Assembly (NCBI GenBank): GCA_905178155.1
Contig: CAJINV010000007.1
Span: 1,965,151 to 2,029,150, forward strand
Origin: Amoebophrya sp. A120
Lineage: Eukaryota; Protista; Dinoflagellata
Direction of reading: 5' to 3'
Length of the DNA stretch: 64,000 bases
Made by a program: the position numbers and the translations under genes. Of this stretch, positions 60,601-64,000 are shown piece after piece (positions within the stretch are counted from its first letter, which is position 1; each line of letters starts with the position of its first letter). The notes under the pieces are model-generated. The model saw nothing but the letters and a program-made list of their open reading frames with translations, was not told the origin of the DNA and did not search any database.

Positions 60601-63147
60601 ATCAACTTTGGTGCAAGTGTTGGTGGATGAGTACGTACGCCGTAAAGGGTTATCGGCCGCGACCTTTCCGTCCCAGGTGTGCACGGAGGCATCCCAGGAG
60701 GGATCCGGGTTCGATTTAAGGTTGTACTGCGAGGCCGTCAGACCTACGGCCGGATGAGGGGTCCCCAAGCTGTCGCCGACATTCTCTTCCAACATGTACA
60801 GGCCAGTGGGCAGTGAGTCCAAATATGAGGGTTGGGAGAACGCTTCTCCGAGCATTTGGAACGCCCCGAGACGGATCGCCATATAATTCGATCCGGACAT
60901 TTGTTGGCTGTCGTCTGGACCTACGTCGACGACGTCACGGAACATAGTACAGCAATCCCAGTTGTTCGAGAGCTGGCCATTATTTCCGAGGGTAAAAAAG
61001 TTGCAGCCTTGTTTAAAACACTCCGCAGCGCACTTGTCGACCTTGCTTCCGTATGCGTTCTGCATGTACCGACTTTCGTTTCCAGTATTACCATGTGAAA
61101 AATCGCCAGTGTTTTGGTCTCGGCCAGAGCAGGCACCGTAAATGCCAAATGCACCCCGCGACGCGTACCAATTTTCCGGCGGAACCGCCTTGATTTCAAA
61201 CGCCCCATGCGACATCCCGAAATTAAAGTAGGTGCCTTCAAACCCTCGCCACCAATCGGCAGTTGCATCGCCTGTAAATTCGCTTGGGTCGGTCTTCGGC
61301 ACAAGACGTTGTGCGTTGTAGAAAATGGTACAACACGGCTTGTGTTGAAAGTTTTTGGCGGCTGTGTAGGGGTTCCTCTGCAGGTCCCAAACCTCAAACA
61401 TGACAGCATCAGCTGCGTCCGCCTCTTTCGCGCAACCTTCCACCGTGCCGTCATACGGCTCGTCTGCTACTCCTTGCTTGTCAGCCCAAACCGTTCCGCT
61501 TTCGGGGTGCCGGTCCCCGCAATACCCAAACTCGTACTTTTTCAACCCGTCCCAATTCGTCAGTGGCTTCCCAGAGCGAATGAGCAACCTGTGCACAGGT
61601 GTGGGATTTTGGTCGTTCACGATGGCCGCGGCGGTTTCACTCAGCGTCTGTGTCGTGAGCCGGCGCGCGGTGGCTTCGTTCCCCAGCCACACGTGTATGC
61701 CCCCAACGCGCAAGGCCGGCCGCGGCCGCGACAACCGCTGCAGGAAGGCGGCCTGGTAGTCGGGGTCTTCCTCGAACTGGCGCTGCCGATATGCCAAGGT
61801 GTAGCCGGCGTCGTCGTCTTCAAATCCACCCTCCAGCACAACCTCCAGAACCCGCCGTTCCACGCGGAACGACTGGCCTTCGTACACGGGGACGTGTGTG
61901 AGGCCGATGTCGGCCAACCTTTCCGGCTCGTCCGCAGTGCGGATCAGGATCCGCGTGCCTCGCATGTCCGCTTCAGCGCCCTTCTGGGCGTAAATCGTCA
62001 AGCGCGAGACGTAGCGTGCCTCCCCGTCGCGAAACCGCGCCCGCCACCGAAGCTTGTTCCGCTCCAGCTGCTCTACCATCGCGGAAAAGTTGCCGGAATC
62101 AGCAGCCAGAGCAGCACCAGCACTGGACGTCGAGTAGGAAGTTGTACTAGAGATCCCCCGCGCCATGGGACTATCATTCGTCCACCCAACGCCAACATGC
62201 TGATCAACTACATTCGTCTTGTTGTAAAAGGCCGACTCGAGCACGGCCGCTAGGTTCCACGTCTTGACCGTAGCGTTCAGGGGTCGCAGCAAAGCGGTCT
62301 CCAAAGCGGAAAGCTTTGCCGTTTTGGGGTCGTCTGTCTCCGTGAACGGTTGCATCAGATCATTCGCCACACTTATCCACAAAAAGAGGCCCATCCATAT
62401 CCATTTTCTGCATGATGTTGACCACATCAAACTACACGGGACTCTACTCTTTCTATGCATGCTTTGCATCACAAATTGTATGAGGTCGATGGGTCTCGGT
62501 CTCCTTCCTTTATGGCTAAGATTGCAGCACGTGTTATCTCCGTCCACTTCGGGCGCCCGCGGCGGATTGCAGCATGCCATCCTTGTCTCCAAGGAGCGCA
62601 AGCTTGTGGCTCGTCCTCGCGGCAGGACTTCTTCTAAACCTGCGTCCGATGCTGGACGTGGTGAAACCTGCATGATCGGGCTGGTGGAAGATGATGCGGC
62701 TGGTGGTGGCGGTGCTGCGCCGGATAATATTCCTGTCTGTGGTGCTGTACTACTACTACTACTACTACTACTACTAGAGAAGACTTGCGCGGCAGCATGA
62801 GAAGGGTCGACGTCGCGACCCTTCGAGCCGCTCGAAGTAGATTGTGGCTCTAGCACAACAACTACATCTTCAACTTTTGTTTTTCTCGTGGTCGTGGGGG
62901 TAGTTGCAGCACTAGTGTCGTGTGCTGCGCCGACGACGGGGTCCGCGTGGCCTTGATCGTCTTTCAAATTTGAAGCAAAAGCGACTTTGTGTAGTTCTAG
63001 GCCTAGTTCTTGGTCTTCATCCACCGAAACCCCGTCATCTTCTGCTTTTTTAGCAGCGACCAAGACGACGGCACGTCGTGGGAAGTCAGCACTACACCAA
63101 CCTCCGAGAAGTTGTTGCTGCCCTAGTTCTTGTCCGTGCAGATACTT
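54655..63147 (-). CDS. Large multi-domain protein with F-type lectin/discoidin-like repeats and PAN/apple-like Cys modules; both ends unresolved
   Basis: ORF 57562..63063, micro-exon 57458-57478, ORF 56068..57084 and ORF 54655..56025 join after removing 136, 353 and 186 nt. FTP-like segment PWIQIELPDDTPVSHVELSTRHDG...CGDKKGKYLTIELPG...LNEVQVF. Five units end in G(F/V/I)H(L/I/V)(Y/F/W). Two modules of the form CAxE...CCT(I/M)F. The frame stays open upstream to about 63150. Confidence 0.68.
56030..56210. mobile_element. Introner (tgcaaaag-type TIR)
   Basis: Left arm tatccactgtagaaaattatatcg vs reverse-complemented right arm tatccaatgcaaaagtatcg. Perfect TSD cctcc. Element plus TSD = 186 nt. 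Confidence 0.85.
57105..57452. mobile_element. Introner with about 40-bp IR, left tip decayed
   Basis: aagcgttacattgatagtcgttacatgactttgtgat / atcacaaatcatgtaataacgatcaatgtaacgctt. TSD cagcg at 57100-57104 and 57453-57457. Removing 353 nt restores the frame. Confidence 0.78.
57479..57609. mobile_element. Introner
   Basis: tat...ata ends. IR catcacaatcacagtt / aattgcgattgtgatg. TSD ggagc/ggacc. Element plus TSD = 136 nt. Confidence 0.78.
62374..62518. mobile_element. Introner, family A (degenerate, reads through in frame)
   Basis: Left arm tatccacaaaaagaggcccatccatatcca; internal tatgcatgctttgcatcacaaatt. TSD acact/agatt (3 of 5 match). Length 150 nt = 50 codons. Confidence 0.58.
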
Positions 63148-64000
63148 TATTCCCTATAACGGCAAAATTGGTATTCGTATTCAAAAATCGCAAAAATTTT
63201 TCCCCCCGCCCAGCTCACTAGTGCAGACGCCCCCGCCTGCGGTGCCTGTTCTTCCGCCTCCGGTTTAAAGCCCTCGACGGCCGCGCTCCGCCTCTCGGTG
63301 TTTGAGGAAGCCGCCAAGGGGTGGTGACCGATAGCGCAATGACTGGCCCGATCTTGTGGCGGCGCTGGAGAGCCGAAAACGGGTCGCGCCTGGCTTGGGG
63401 GTTTTTGACGGGCTGCAGCTGTCTCGCGGCTTGTCCGTGTCAGCTGCTCTCGGCGTGGCTACACCGCCGGCAGATGGGTCCTGCACCTGCGGAAAATTTA
63501 GTGCCGACGAATCCAACGCACCATATGGGGCATTACCTGGCCCCTAGATTCTCGGGGCGCCCTACGGGCACCACGCCCACCACTCAGCTGCGCCGTGGAG
63601 GCGAAGTGGCCTAGAAATGCGCTGCGGCCTCCGCCTACGAAAGTGCCTCTTTGGATTCTTGGCCAGGAAGCAACATCTGTGGCCGCCGCCAAGCGTTCAG
63701 AGGAAGCGGAGCATTTGCAGCAGCCGGTCTCGCGGACCGGCAAATTTGATGACTCGGGGAAAGGATTTTTGCCCTTCCGGATGCCGAGCAAAAAACGCCG
63801 GCTTTTTTTGAATACCAAAGTCAAACACGGTGTGAAATTGGTATTCACGGGAAATTCCGACTTTGGTATTCAGCGACATTTGACCCCCCTCTCTTGGGGG
63901 CAATCTTGGGCAGCTGAATACCAAAGTTGCGCGGAAGAAAATCCGTCCGAGGTCTCCGTTTCCTGTGAACGCTTGGCCGCGGCCACAGATATTGCTTCCG
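63148..64000. mobile_element. Left end of a probable larger insertion continuing beyond the window
   Basis: The coding frame ends at tattccct (63148), the same start as the 44631 element. The interior is GC-rich, with repeated and inverted ttggtattc motifs at about 63168, 63810, 63838, 63863 and 63916. Confidence 0.4.

Overview
Eukaryotic genomic DNA with every recognisable host gene on the minus strand and long low-complexity proteins. This organisation is most consistent with a parasitic Syndiniales dinoflagellate such as Amoebophrya (inference). The dominant feature is about 24 short (about 105-350 bp) inserts in coding exons. Each begins TAT, ends ATA (occasionally GTA/TTA/CTA), has terminal inverted repeats and sits between 5-bp target-site duplications (TSDs). 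Removing the element plus one TSD joins the neighbouring ORF fragments in frame and rebuilds broken motifs: a GTPase P-loop, a G5 box and a TBC domain segment. They therefore behave as non-canonical, transposon-derived introns (introners). A second class consists of four unrelated 0.8-3.1 kb inserts, each bracketed by a 37-75 bp direct duplication of host sequence: a decayed Ty3/gypsy pol fragment, a palindromic satellite and two unknowns. Three of these lie inside exons. Reconstructed genes are a J-domain protein, a very large TPR-containing protein, a TBC Rab-GAP, a low-complexity protein, a tandem two-domain Rab-like GTPase and a large F-type-lectin/discoidin-like plus PAN-like repeat protein. 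A GC-rich repeat block with an iteron-like palindrome lies at about 51.1-54.1 kb. All calls were made by eye, without database searches.
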